The position numbers and the translations under genes were made by a program. Below are positions 34,976-46,607 of a DNA stretch of 46,607 nt, piece by piece. Source of the DNA: Octopus bimaculoides (taxonomy: Eukaryota); the NCBI RefSeq assembly GCF_001194135.2, contig NC_069005.1, positions 18,375,449-18,422,055 of the forward strand, in the 5' to 3' direction. Position 1 is the stretch's first letter. The number at the start of each line of letters is the position of its first letter. The notes below the pieces were generated by a model. The model saw only the letters and a program-made list of their open reading frames with translations. It was not told where the DNA came from and did not search any database.

Positions 34976-35678
34976 CATTCTGAGTTCAAATTCTGCCTAG
35001 GTTAATTTTGCCTTTTATCTTTCCGTGGTCGATAAAATAAGCACCAGTCATATACTGAGGTCGATTTAATAGGTTTCCCCTTCCCTTAAAATCGTCTCAA
35101 CAGGGGCTAGAATTAGAAAGAATTATCCAAGATATTCCGCCCAAGACCATTCTCTTTGTTTTGTTTTTGACACAGTGTATCTAGGAACAAAAATCCAATC
35201 ATTTCTTAAGACAGAGATTTCTCAAGATATGAGATGGGAGAGATTTGGCTGCTATTTCTAGCAGCGACTCCTTCAAAAGCTGCTGTTGTTTGAACTCAGG
35301 TCAGTCATGATCGAGTAGTTTATCCGATCAAATCGCTCCAATGACCATCCAGTCTGAATACATATCCAGGACGACATTGTCCGGTGATTTATTCCTGTTT
35401 TAAGATGCCCGAAGGAAATTTGAAGGGATTTAGCTGTTATTATTAGCCGGTTGAGCAAGACGGTGAGCTGACAGAATCGTTAGCAAATCGGGCAAAGAAG
35501 CTTAGCGGGATTTTGTCCATCTTTGCGATCGGAGTTCAAATTTCACCGAGGTTGACTTTACCTTTCATCCTTTTGGGGTCTATGAAATAAGCATCAGTTG
35601 AGCACTGGGGTCAATGTAATCGACTAGACCCCCTTCCCCTAAAATTTCAGGTCTTGTGCCTATAATAGAAAGGGTTAT
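34975..35678 (+). mobile_element. SINE family A copies (34975-35125 partial; 35458-35678)
   Basis: GAGTTCAAATT..CCTTT.ATC.TT..G.GGTC..GCACTG.GGTC core repeated twice. Confidence 0.8.
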
Positions 35679-36707
35679 TATGTGGTCGAGTGACTATGTG
35701 AAGAACTACATTGCCTGATAAGTTGTTCCTGTTTTAAGACTGTCGGGTGTTGATTGTGGGAATTTAGCTGCTATTTTTACCAGCTCGTGTGATTATGTAC
35801 AATATTTTTCGTTACTTATTCCTCCCAGCGTTGATTATTATCCCTCATTAATATTCGTTCTCGTCCTCATTATCTCCCCCACCTCCTCAGTTATGCATCC
35901 TCTCCTAATGTTCTTTTCCTCCCTTATTGGCTTCCCTGCCATACACCCCCTTTATTTCCTCCCCGTATTGGCTGTTCCAACTCATCTATTTTCTCTCTCG
36001 GATGATTATCCTCCCTCACCGCCTCGCATTCCGTAACCTCCACCAGCGCTGTTCCACTCTTCATTGCACCTCCCTCGTGAGTGTCTCCTTATCCTACTTG
36101 CTTCGTTAACCCAAACAGCTGACATTATATTCTTATTATTTATTAATTCTTTTTCGTCTTTTTTTTTCCAGTGACGTGGTTTTGTCCTTGCACACAACTA
36201 CAATCATTATTTTCCTTCCTGCTTTTCAATCTCGTCGTTTAAAACATCGTTGCCTTTTGTATTATCTCACTTCCTCTCTATTCTTGCAGGACGTTGACCA
36301 GCGAAAAACTGATCTCTGTTTCTCTCTCTTTGTTTCTCACCCTCTCTCTACCCTCCAATCTCTCTCCCTCCCCCTCCAATTCCTTTTATTTTGGTTTTCA
36401 TTTTTGGAATTCCGTTTTCATTCTACCTTTTATCCTTCATTGTTTGTTTGTAACTTAGTTTACTTTTTCTATTCTTCATCCTTCTCTAAATACTCTTCTT
36501 CTCGATGTCATTAGCCTATAGCTTCTATTGTACCGATTCTTTGAACGTAGACACGAAAAAAAAATTTATTCAGTTATTTATTTATTCGATCCTGCTTTTG
36601 TGCTAATGGATGCCTCTAAACATTTATCTAAACATAATTGTGGTGATATTGTAAGTATTTTCTGATATTGTGAACAAAACTGTGGTGATATTGTAAATAT
36701 ATATATA

Positions 36708-37108
36708 GGAGTGGCTGTGTGGTAAGTAGCTTGCTTACCAACCCATGGTTCCGGGTTCAGCCCCACTGCGTGGTACCTTGAGCAAGTGACTTCTACTATA
36801 GCCTCGGGCCGACCAAAGCCATGTGAGTGGATTTGGTAGACGGAAACTGAAAGAAGCCTGTCGTATATATGTATATATATATATATGTATATGTGTGTAT
36901 GTTTGTGTGTCTGTGTTTGTCCCCCCAATATCGCTTGACAACCGATGGTGGTGTGTTTAGGTCCCCGTAACTTAGCGGTTCGGCAAAACAGACCGACAGA
37001 ATAAGTACTAGGCTTACAAAGAATAAGTCCCGGGGTCGATATGCTCGACTAAATGCGGTGCTCCAGCATGGCTGCAGTCAAATGACTGAAACAAGTAATA
37101 GAGTAATA
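36708..37108 (+). mobile_element. SINE family B, near full length (tRNA-derived, internal microsatellite)
   Basis: GGAGTGGCTGTGTGGTAAGTAGC (A box), GGGTTCAGCCCC (B-box-like), internal (TA/TG)n and a 3' tail GAAACAAGTAATAGAG; at least 9 other copies in the window. Confidence 0.92.
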
Positions 37109-37394
37109 NNNNNNNNNNNNNNNNNNNNNNNNNNNNNNNNNNNNNNNNNNNNNNNNNNNNNNNNNNNNNNNNNNNNNNNNNNNNNNNNNNNNNNNNNNNN
37201 NNNNNNNNNNNNNNNNNNNNNNNNNNNNNNNNNNNNNNNNNNNNNNNNNNNNNNNNNNNNNNNNNNNNNNNNNNNNNNTATATATATATATATATATATT
37301 ACGTTCAGCCGTTGGCATTCAAACGATAGTCATCTCGTCTGCTTTATGTATGTACGACGTTCAACAGACGATAATCAAACCGTAGTTATCTCGT

Positions 37395-37760
37395 CTCATC
37401 GACGACTACATAAGCGCAATCGTATGGCGATCTGTCAACGCTTACTCGACAACGATGAAGGCGAACTTTTTGGAGAAAATAGTCACAGGAGAGGAGACCT
37501 GGGTCCACCACCTTGAGCCAGAATCTAAAAGGCAGAGTATGGAGCAGAAACACCCGGAATCGCCAACGAAAAACAAATTCAAAACTCAAATTTCCGCAGA
37601 ATAAAGTAATACTAATCGCTTTTTGAGGTTGCAAAAGAGACTATACTGGAACATTACCTGAAAAAGAGGTCTACTGTCATCAGTGTAGGCTACAATGAAA
37701 TGCTGCTAACAAACTGAAACCAGCAATTCGCACCAAATGCCAAGGTCTGAGTCGCGTTAC
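37395..37760 (+). mobile_element. Mariner transposase remnant
   Basis: FLEKIVTGEETWVHHLEPESKRQSMEQKHPESPTKNKFKTQISA matches the mariner ITGDETWV..E..KRQS.W..P.SP..KK motif; frameshifted. Confidence 0.88.
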
Positions 37761-37834
37761 AAAATCAAAAGTGCGTGTAATTTCCCCCTCACGATGGTGA
37801 TGATTATGTTGATGATATTATTTACAGTATTCAA

Positions 37835-38090
37835 ATTATTTACATTTGACGGATATTTGTCCTCATCTTGTTTGTCGTTAACACAACGTTTTGGCGGATA
37901 CACCCTCCAGCCTACATCAGGTATCTTGGGGTAAAAATACATCGAAAAAATACCTTAGGAATGAGAACCCAGGTTCGAAATTTCTCCAAGACACCGGTTG
38001 TGTTAACAACAAACAAGATGAGGACAAATATCGATCAAATGTAAATAATGTAAATAATGTACACAATTCCTCATCTCTTAAATATAGAAC
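37835..38090. mobile_element. Divergent inverted pair of Penelope-pLTR-like repeats with a degenerate ultra-minimal hammerhead
   Basis: Arms 37835-37887 and 37997-38049 match at 50/53. The minus copy 37924-37881 reads AUAC-CUGAUGU-AGGCUG..CCGCC-AAAAC-GUU^GUGU; the plus copy has ACACC[core deleted]GGTTGTGT. Confidence 0.75.
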
Positions 38091-38094
38091 GATA

Positions 38095-38177
<83 letters not shown>

Positions 38178-38842
38178 NNNNNNNNNNNNNNNNNNNNNNN
38201 NNNNNNNNNNNNNNNNNNNNNNNNNNNNNNNNNNNNNNNNNNNNNNNNNNNNNNNNNNNNNNNNNNNNNNNNNNNNNNNNNNNNNNNNNNNNNNNNNNNN
38301 NNNNNNNNNNNNNNNNNNNNNNNNNNNNNNNNNNNNNNNNNNNNNNNNNNNNNNNNNNNNNNNNNNNNNNNNNNNNNNNNNNNNNNNNNNNNNNNNNNNN
38401 NNNNNNNNNNNNNNNNNNNNNNNNNNNNNNNNNNNNNNNNNNNNNNNNNNNNNNNNNNNNNNNNNNNNNNNNNNNNNNNNNNNNNNNNNNNNNNNNNNNN
38501 NNNNNNNNNNNNNNNNNNNNNNNNNNNNNNNNNNNNNNNNNNNNNNNNNNNNNNNNNNNNNNNNNNNNNNNNNNNNNNNNNNNNNNNNNNNNNNNNNNNN
38601 NNNNNNNNNNNNNNNNNNNNNNNNNNNNNNNNNNNNNNNNNNNNNNNNNNNNNNNNNNNNNNNNNNNNNNNNNNNNNNNNNNNNNNNNNNNGAAAAAATA
38701 CCTTAGGAATGAGAACCCAGGTTCGAAATTTCTCCAAGACACCGGTTGTGTTAACAACAAACAAGATGAGGACAAATATCGATCAAATGTAAATAATGTA
38801 AATAATGTACACAATTCCTCATCTCTTAAATATAGAACGATA

Positions 38843-38910
<68 letters not shown>

Positions 38911-38916
<6 letters not shown>

Positions 38917-40099
38917 TAGTCTTATTTTTATCACGTGCTTTCACTGCACTATCGAGCGCAGCTCTGTGTGCCTTGGGTATTGCTGTGGTTTATTTTCACT
39001 ATATTGAAAATATTTGAAGTGTATAGATATAGCATTTCTATGTCAAATTTTGGGTGGTGCATCCTAAATCTTGTCATGATTTTTCTTGTTTCCTGTTTAT
39101 TTTGATCAGTTCATTTAAAGTCCAGTTAATGATATTGTAGCTGTAACTTATAACTAGAGTGTTGATACCTATTATCTTGTTTTTCGCATTAACTCGCATT
39201 AACTCATCTATAGTATTCCTTTCTTCCTTTATCTTTCATTTGTGTGTGCTGTATCGCATCTAGTTCATTGATTCCTAAGTATTTGTATGTCTGGATTTGG
39301 TCTAATTCTCTTATTTCATTTGATTTATCTAGTGTGATGATGTTACTCTTAACTAATTTTCCTCCTTTCAAGGTTGCTTTGGCACAATTTTCTAAGCCAA
39401 ATTTCAAGTTTATTTCTTTGGTAAATCCATGTAATGTCTGTAGTAATGTTTCCAGCTGTTTATCATTTGTAGCGTACAATTTTAGATCATACATATACAA
39501 GAGATAGTTGATCGTTTTGCCGTAACGGTTGTATCCACATCCAGTTGTATTTCGCATGTCAGATAAAGGTGCCAGTGTCAAGCAGTAAAGGAGTGGAGAG
39601 GCCGAGTCTCCCTGGGACATTCCTCTTCTAATGGGGATAGCTTTGGTTTTTATGAGTCCCTCTCTTGTCTGGAGCTGTAACACTGTCTGCCATTTATTTA
39701 TGGAATGTTTAATATATATTTTAATTATTGGTGCTACCTTGTTTATGGCTTGTGCTTCTAGGATCCATGAGTTAGGAATACTATCAAAAGCCTTTCGGTA
39801 ATCGATCCAAGCCATACTTAGACCCTTCTTCTTTCTGCAGCTGTCTTCAATTATGGCTTTATTAATCAATAGCTGATCTCGACAGCCGTATGAGCCCGTG
39901 CAGCATCCCCTCTGGCCTTCTGAAAATAGGTTGTTTTCTTTCAGTTTTTCCCCCCTATTCTCTGTGATATTATTGCAGTAAAGGCTTTGTAAATTGTCGG
40001 AAGATAAGTTATTGGTCTGTAATTTTGTGGGTTTGCTCTTTCAGTTGATTTGGGAATTAGGATAGTTTTCCCTTCCGTGAGCCATTCTGGCATTGTCTC
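38911..40099 (-). mobile_element. R4/Dong-type LINE with reverse transcriptase domain, internally deleted
   Basis: 221 aa ORF 39204-39869: WIDYRKAFDSIP, RRGMSQGDSASPLLY, YLLYMYDLKLYA, KFGLENCAK, YKYLGI. It joins directly to the terminal region and a 3' UTR shared with 21807, ending at (TAA)n. Confidence 0.93.
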
Positions 40100-40398
40100 T
40101 GGCTCTGCTAGTACTTCATNNNNNNNNNNNNNNNNNNNNNNNNNNNNNNNNNNNNNNNNNNNNNNNNNNNNNNNNNNNNNNNNNNNNNNNNNNNNNNNNN
40201 NNNNNNNNNNNNNNNNNNNNNNNNNNNNNNNNNNNNNNNNNNNNNNNNNNNNNNNNNNNNNNNNNNNNNNNNNNNNNNNNNNNNNNNNNNNNNNNNNNNN
40301 NNNNNNNNNNNNNNNNNNNNNNNNNNNNNNNNNNNNNNNNNNNNNNNNNNNNNNNNNNNNNNNNNNNNNNNNNNNNNNNNNNNNNNNNNNNNNNNNNN

Positions 40399-40446
<48 letters not shown>

Positions 40447-41027
40447 ATTTTTTCTTCTTTCTTCAAATTTCCTTCATCATTATTGTGTGAGTGTGAGAAC
40501 AGCGCATGCCATGAAGGGGGCACTGGGGTACAAATATATGATCAATGTACCCATCATGACTACACGTCTGATAAGGGTGCACCAGGCACATGCATCACAA
40601 CCATATGTACACGACATGATCTCATATCAAGATTAACAGTGCATGAACTTGCAGATGGGGCCCTACTCAGAATTTTCTACAGGTCGAGTAGCCCTCCCGC
40701 TCAAACGGTCCTTGGATAAGGGTTATTTAAGGATGATTAAAGAAAGACTCATATTTCCGTAGATGAATTATTCAAACCCCAAAGAATTCCTCTAAACACA
40801 TGACTGTGATGCTCCCCTACTACTTCTGCTCGTGATGAGAGATGCGTATATCGTCAGCCGCTAAGAGACATGCTCGACTGGTTAAGGTCAAACAGCTGAC
40901 AAGCAAATCTGTTGTATTAAGCAGAATATATGCTGTGACCCATCATTTATACCAGGACATCTTTTATAGCAAGCAGTTAAGATCAGAAGCCATGAGAGCC
41001 ACTGCCTGGGGTTGCATTATTATTTTT

Positions 41028-41066
<39 letters not shown>

Positions 41067-41084
41067 ATCATTAAGGCACACGAG

Positions 41085-41170
41085 CCTTAATGAAACACTG
41101 AGGACGACGTAATCAACTTAATCCCTTTCCCCAAATTTCAGGCTTTGTGCCTTTAGTAGAAAGGATTATC
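41085..41170 (+). mobile_element. SINE family A 3' fragment
   Basis: GAAACACTG.GG..CCCCAAATTTCAGG.TTTGTGCCT.TAGTAGAAAGGATTAT, as in 20380-20455. Confidence 0.7.
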
Positions 41171-41199
41171 TTTTATTATTTGCTTTTCATTATTCTTAT

Positions 41200-42535
41200 T
41201 ATTATTTGCGTCCTGCAGTGAGTGAAGGGTAAGAGATGTTACAGTATGACTGAAAGCTTGGGGAAGGCAAGTGACAAGGGCAGTGGCGAAATAACTTCAT
41301 GTAATACAACACAGACATTTAAATGGATAGGGTTTTTCTAAGGATGTCAGCACAATCTTTTGGATTTCTCTGAGACACGGTTCTCCTTGGATATTATCTA
41401 GATATTTCTGACATCCCTTTCTTATCATGCCTAGGACACCCACAATAACAGGAACAGCTCTCGCTTTAAGATGCCACATCTTTGTATTTCAATTTCCAGG
41501 TCCTTATATTTACTTAATTTGTCAAATTCTTTTACAGATATTTTTTATCAGTGTTGACTAGATAATCCCAGGGGATAGTGATATTTTAACCTTCATCAAC
41601 TGGCTCAAGATGATGTTCATACTAGTAAGCAAGGGTGCTGATTTTCTTGTGTTTACATATTTTCCAATGTAAATACTGTCCTACGCTATCGTGGCGATTT
41701 TTGTATTCGTTTGGTATCAGTACAGAACATCTTGAGACAAGATGGTCTATTGTTTCATCAAATGAATTGCAGAATTTGATTTTAGGGTCAGAACCGTTTT
41801 TGAGGAACGTTAGCCTGGTAGTTTTTGGTAAGCAGTTCTTGATCTCGTGCCACCAATATGAAACTGTCAGTCTCTGTTTTCAGTCCTGAACTTCTCAACC
41901 ATTGATGGATTATGGCTTGGTCTACATCAGCATTTCAACTTCAAAGTATATACTGTCCATGGAGAAGCTTCTCGCTCCACTGCTCCTCAATTTGTTTCTG
42001 CCCGTTCTTTTTTTCAAGTCTGTTTGATCCGTTTTGATTTTTTCGTGGCAGTGGTTTCAGATTCTTCATCTAATTCAGGGTTAATGCCAAGTTCCCTTGC
42101 GAATTTTCAAGCCTCCTTCACAACAGAATGTGATTGTTTGCTGATTTCGTGTTTGCATACAAGCTGCAGCATCCAGTCGTCTGTACTGGATAAGTACTTG
42201 TTCATTGCTATTGTGTAGGTCTTATAGCACAGTTCCATCTGCATCATTCCTCTTCCCTCCATTACTTCTAGGTAGGTACAGACGATCAACGTCTGCTTTT
42301 GGGTGGTGCATATTCTTAGATGTTAGTAGCTTTCTTGTCTTCCTGTCCAGGCGCTGGAGTTCTGTTAGATTCCAGTTAATGATGTCAAAACTGTATTGGA
42401 CTCCCGGAAGTGCCAGGATGTTAATGGCTTCGACGCCATTTTTGGAGCTGAGTTCAGTTTTTAGTATGAGTCTTACTTTCCTGTAATACTCCTTTTCGTA
42501 TTTTTCCTTTCATAGTAGCATGTTGTATACCATTA
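41200..42535 (-). mobile_element. R4/Dong-type LINE 3' half
   Basis: KEYYRKVRLILKTELSSKNGVEAINILAL..NWNLTELQRLDRKTRKLL..HHPKADVDRLYLPRS.GG to MWHLKARAVPVIVGVLGMIRKG..EIQKIVL; frameshifted. Confidence 0.9.
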
Positions 42536-43079
42536 CTGTTGTTGTTGTTGTTATTATTATTATTATTGTGTTTATAATCATCATCATCATCTAAATTGTC
42601 GTGGACATCATCGTCACCATCATCCTCATCATTTACAGACTCAATGCCGTTGATGTCGTGACCTCCCTCCTCTACTCCACACCCTTCCTCAACAACCTCT
42701 TCCTTCTGACAATCTAACATCTACATCTCCTTGCCTCTTAATCACCTCTATAATACTATCGAACTACCCTTCCCTCCTCCCCTATTATCACCTTCCCCAC
42801 TCATCGTCGTTGTCGTCTCATTTTCTATTTTACATCAACATCATGGCGTCAATGATACTTCGACTTCGGTGTCATTTCGTGGGTTGTGACAGCAATATAA
42901 AGTTTTGATCGTTCTTGTTGTTGCTGTTGTTGCCTTCGTCGTCCTTGTTGATTTTGTTGTTGCTGCCCGGCTTCAGATTGCTGCTGCTGATTTTGTCTGT
43001 TGTCCTCTTACGCCAGGTTCGTTCTGCTCCAGCTGTCCTATTGCATATATGTATTAGTAGCAGCAGCAGCAACAGCAGC

Positions 43080-43124
<45 letters not shown>

Positions 43125-43740
43125 TGTTGTTGTTGATGATATTATGTAGTCTCCAGGTGACCACCAATCCACAACACAAAGATACAATGTAGGGCGAACG
43201 ACTGAGGCGCAACCCCGCAAATCCGTTTTAGGTGAAGGCCATACCTGGACACTGCAATATTGCAGCAATCAAAATCACATCGCGTTTCGACGGTTGTGGT
43301 AGCGGCGATGGTGGTGGGAGGCATGGTGGTGGTGGGAGCGGTGGTGGTGGGAAGAATGATTGCGGCAGCGTGGTGGCGTTGATGATGACGATCAAGATTG
43401 TGGTGGAAGCATTAATGGCTCATTCGGAAATGATCCTCTGACATCTCGCTCTTAACTAATGGGCCGCATTAGTGGTGGTGATGGGAGTAAGGTGCTATTG
43501 ATGATGTTGATGGTGGTGTTAGTGATGGAGGTGGCATCAGCAGTGGTGATAGCAGTGAGGGGTGGTAACCATGGCGATGGTAGTGGCGTCGTCGGCCGTG
43601 GTGGCGTTGGTGTCGATGAGGACAGTGGTACTGGGAATGGAGACGGTATTGGTGGTGGTGGGTCTTAGCAGTGATGGTGATGACGGTGATGGTGGTGGTG
43701 GTGGTGGTAGTGGTGGTGGCAGAGGCGGCTTTTATATTAG
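42536..43740. repeat. Compound trinucleotide low-complexity region (TTG/TCA/TAG/GGT)
   Basis: Direct reading. Confidence 0.9.
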
Positions 43741-44120
43741 CGGTGGTATGGGGTTGTTGTATTTGGTGTCAGTTGAGATCGTAGTATGGGCTGCGGTGTT
43801 GGCGGTTACTAGAGTGGCTCTTACACCGTGTCAGATGTAAAGAAATTTTTAGAAAACTTTATAGTTTAATCGTTTAATCAAATCCTTTTCTAAAACTAAT
43901 TATTTTTCATGATTTTGTAAAAAAAAATAATAATTGATTGATTTGTTCAATATTGTTGTTGTTGTTGTATATATTAAGTGTTGTTGTTGTAAATTAGGTA
44001 TGTAAGATCGAAGGTTGATTGGACCTCTCATTAAGCTAACTACTAATTAAGGTTAATTTGTATAATTGACTTCACAGACTTTTTGATGCTCGTTTTGTGT
44101 CAGTGGCAGTGATGGTCGTC

Positions 44121-44368
44121 GTAGCAGCGGAATTGAAGAGGTGGTGGTGATGGTGGTAGCAGCGGAATTGAAGAGATGGTGGTGATGGTGGTAGCAGTGG
44201 AATTGAAGAGGTGGTGGTGATGGTGGTAGCAGTGGAATTGAAGAGGTGGTGGTGATGGTGGTAGCANNNNNNNNNNAGGTGGTGGTGATGGTGGTAGCAG
44301 TGGAATTGAAGAGGTGGTGGTGATGGTGGTAGCAGTGGAATTGAAGAGGTGGTGGTGATGGTGGTGGT
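44121..44368. repeat. 35 bp minisatellite, at least 7 units
   Basis: GTAGCAG(C/T)GGAATTGAAGAGGTGGTGGTGATGGTG starts at 44121, 44156, 44191, 44226 and 44261, and continues after a 10-N gap. Confidence 0.95.
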
Positions 44369-44619
44369 GTCGGTGTTTGTAGGGTGATGAGAAAACGTAA
44401 ACAATAAAGTCATTAACAAATGTTCATATCACATCAACAACAACAACAGCAAACCACATGAACAACAGTCACAATAATAAAAACAGTAATTACAGCCTGT
44501 CTGTATGGTTTGGTCCCGCCCGCTAAGAATGTCGGATGTTGGAAGAATTCGCGCGAAAATCGGAGATTTAACAAATAATAATAGATTCTGAATAGAATAT
44601 GAAAGCGGGAAGTGAGAGA

Positions 44620-45015
44620 GAAAAGGAGGGAGAGAATGGGAGAGAGAAGGAGAAAGAGGCGGAGGGAGAATGAAAGAACATGGGTGTGGTGTGTGTGTGT
44701 ATGTGTGTGTGAAAGAGAGAGAGAAAGAAAGAATATGCGTGTGAGACAGATAATGAAAAATAGAAGGTGAGAGAGAAAGAGCTTGCATGAGAGAGAAGGA
44801 GAGAGAAAGTGAATGAGAAAGTGAGGAAGACAGAGAAAGAAAGACTGAGAAATGGAGAGAGAGAAAGAGGGAAGGAGACAAAATGTTTGTAAAGGAAAGA
44901 GATTTAAGGAGAGAGAAAAGAGGGTGTGTAAGAGAGAGGGTAGAGTATGTGAGAGAGAGAGAGAGGAAGAGAGAGAAAGGTGAGAGTATGTTTGAGAGAG
45001 AGCAAAAGAGAGATA
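44620..45015. repeat. GA-rich purine tract
   Basis: Imperfect (GA)n; source of the poly-SL pseudo-ORF 44429-45175. Confidence 0.9.
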
Positions 45016-45189
45016 AATGGGAGAGATATCCAGTGGTGGACTGGAAGCGATTAACATTAAAATCGATAATTGTTTCGCCGTCGAAGAGGCAGTAGGGGGA
45101 GGGGGAGTGCCACTGCCAACAACAAAAAAAGTAAGGACAACAATACAACATCAACAACAACAACGACAATAACAACGATAATTAACATT

Positions 45190-46060
45190 TTCAAACATAG
45201 GCAGACAGAAATCAGTTTCGCAGAAAAGGCTGCAACAGTCCATAACATCGACCCCGGGTTTAAAAGCGTGATGCTAAAATACTGCAAGGAAAATATGTTC
45301 GGTTTTCTACAGACCCTATCAAATACAAACTTCGAACATTAGGAGAATATAGGAAGTGGATGCAAGTTAGCGGTAGTATGGGGTTGTATTTGGTGTCAGT
45401 AGAGATCGCAGTATGGGCTGCGGTGTTGGCGGTTACTAGAGTGGCTCTTACACGATGTCAGATGTAAAGAAAGTGGATGCAAGTTGTGAATGTTTTACGT
45501 TGGAAGTTTTGTCAGAAATGTGGATTTGAAGCAGAAAGTACATGGTACAATCATCGGGTAGAAAGAGTACTTGAGTCGGAAGGATGCAAGATTTGGTGAG
45601 ATTTTCCAACTCAAACGGAAAAGAAGAGGCAGCATAACAAGTGTGGTAACAGATCAATAGACAAGGAAAATCGATTTTGCGTACTGATTGATTCATCATA
45701 TCCATTTGATTCCAGCATTGTGAAGAAAAGGGATAAATTTAAAAATACAACCCCTTAAAATATGAGATTGCGAGATTTTGGAAATAGGAAATTTATAAAG
45801 GTGGTACCTGTGATAATTGGTGCATTAGAGACTGTGAGTGATGACATACAGACAAATGGTTAAAGAAGGTTGGAATGGAATGGAATATAAAAGTTTTACA
45901 GAAGATTTAACTTTTAGGAACAGCAAAGACCATCAGAAGAGTTTTGAACGCTTGATGGCTTATTGAAATCATGTGGCTAACTAATTATACAAGGAGTAAC
46001 CCGTAACCCACATAAATTCTACCACAACTAAGACCAATCCTGAGTCAAGTCGAATAATAA
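45190..46060 (+). mobile_element. R4/Dong-type LINE 3' portion, interrupted at 45369-45470
   Basis: WKFCQKCGFEAESTWYNHRVERVLESEGCKIW.DFPTQT, IDKENRFCVLIDSSYPFDS, KVVPVIIGAL, LLGTAKTIRRVLNA; ends at (TAA)n. The 5' boundary is uncertain. Confidence 0.8.
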
Positions 46061-46152
46061 TAATAGATGGGTATATTGGGCTTCGTATGTTTTACCCCAG
46101 TGTCACTATAATAGCATGCACTGCTCTCTCACTCAATAATAATAATAATAAT

Positions 46153-46460
46153 GAAGACAGAAAAGTCGATAGATATGACAGGTTAGCTTGGGAGATTAAG
46201 CAGTTGTGGTCGCTGAAAAAGGTGGTAGTAGTACCAATAATTGTCGGAGCACTGCGAACAGTGAGTAAAAATCTTGAGAAGTACATGGAACAAATAGGGG
46301 CTGCAATAAGGGTGGAGCACTTGGAGAAAACAGCACTGCTTGGAACCGCTCAAATACTACGGAAGATGCTCGAAAAATAAGGTGTTGCCTTAATTCACTG
46401 GTGGTGAAGAGCTGACACCGTAGTACATCTCTAGCGTTAGAAGTTGTGCAAAGACAATAA
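46153..46460 (+). mobile_element. R4/Dong-type LINE extreme 3' end between TAA repeats
   Basis: KVDRYDRLAWEIKQLWSLKKVVVVPIIVGALRTVSKNL..LEKTALLGTAQILRKMLEK*, then a UTR and (TAA/TGA)n; (TAA)n also upstream. Confidence 0.9.
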
Positions 46461-46467
46461 AATAATA

Positions 46468-46502
<35 letters not shown>

Positions 46503-46557
46503 AATAATAATATTAATAATAATAATAATAATGATGATGATGATGATGATGATGATG

Positions 46558-46607
<50 letters not shown>

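Noticed and set aside
37944-38910. Second copy of the pLTR-like repeat plus (ATT)n at 38692-38910
   Set aside because: Essentially identical to 37944-38177 and flanks a gap. Probably an assembly overlap, so not counted as a tandem retrozyme array without long-read support.
40490-41000. Complex non-coding segment with CTGACGA on the minus strand (~40851)
   Set aside because: No GAAA or stem III in register. It looks like an unclassified interspersed repeat, but there is no second copy in the window to support a call.
44121-44368. CRISPR-like appearance of the 35 bp repeat
   Set aside because: Units are directly abutting with no unique spacers, the context is eukaryotic, and there are no cas genes.

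Overview
Repeat-saturated, AT-rich eukaryotic DNA from a gapped draft assembly: about 22 N-runs totalling roughly 6.7 kb, mostly bordered by microsatellites. The SINE families, (TAA)n-associated LINEs and microsatellite spectrum look like an octopus/coleoid cephalopod genome (inference from recognition, not a search). I cannot support any host protein-coding gene, and almost all listed ORFs are microsatellite or N-run artefacts. The recognisable coding remnants are all mobile elements: about 13 fragments of R4/Dong-type non-LTR retrotransposons, a Penelope-like GIY-YIG fragment, an L1/Tx1-like ORF1 with a zinc knuckle, two mariner and one Tc1 transposase remnants. There are also many tRNA-derived SINEs. 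The most notable signal is absent from the ORF track. At least five sequence-unrelated minimal type I hammerhead ribozyme (HHR) motifs are present (372-532, 2841-2935, 7038-7465, 26785-26862, 30062-30180/37835-38090). Two have complete CUGANGA and GAAA cores. Four sit in divergently oriented inverted-repeat (fold-back) pairs, as expected for Penelope pLTR / retrozyme-like elements. Ribozyme activity and transcription are untested.
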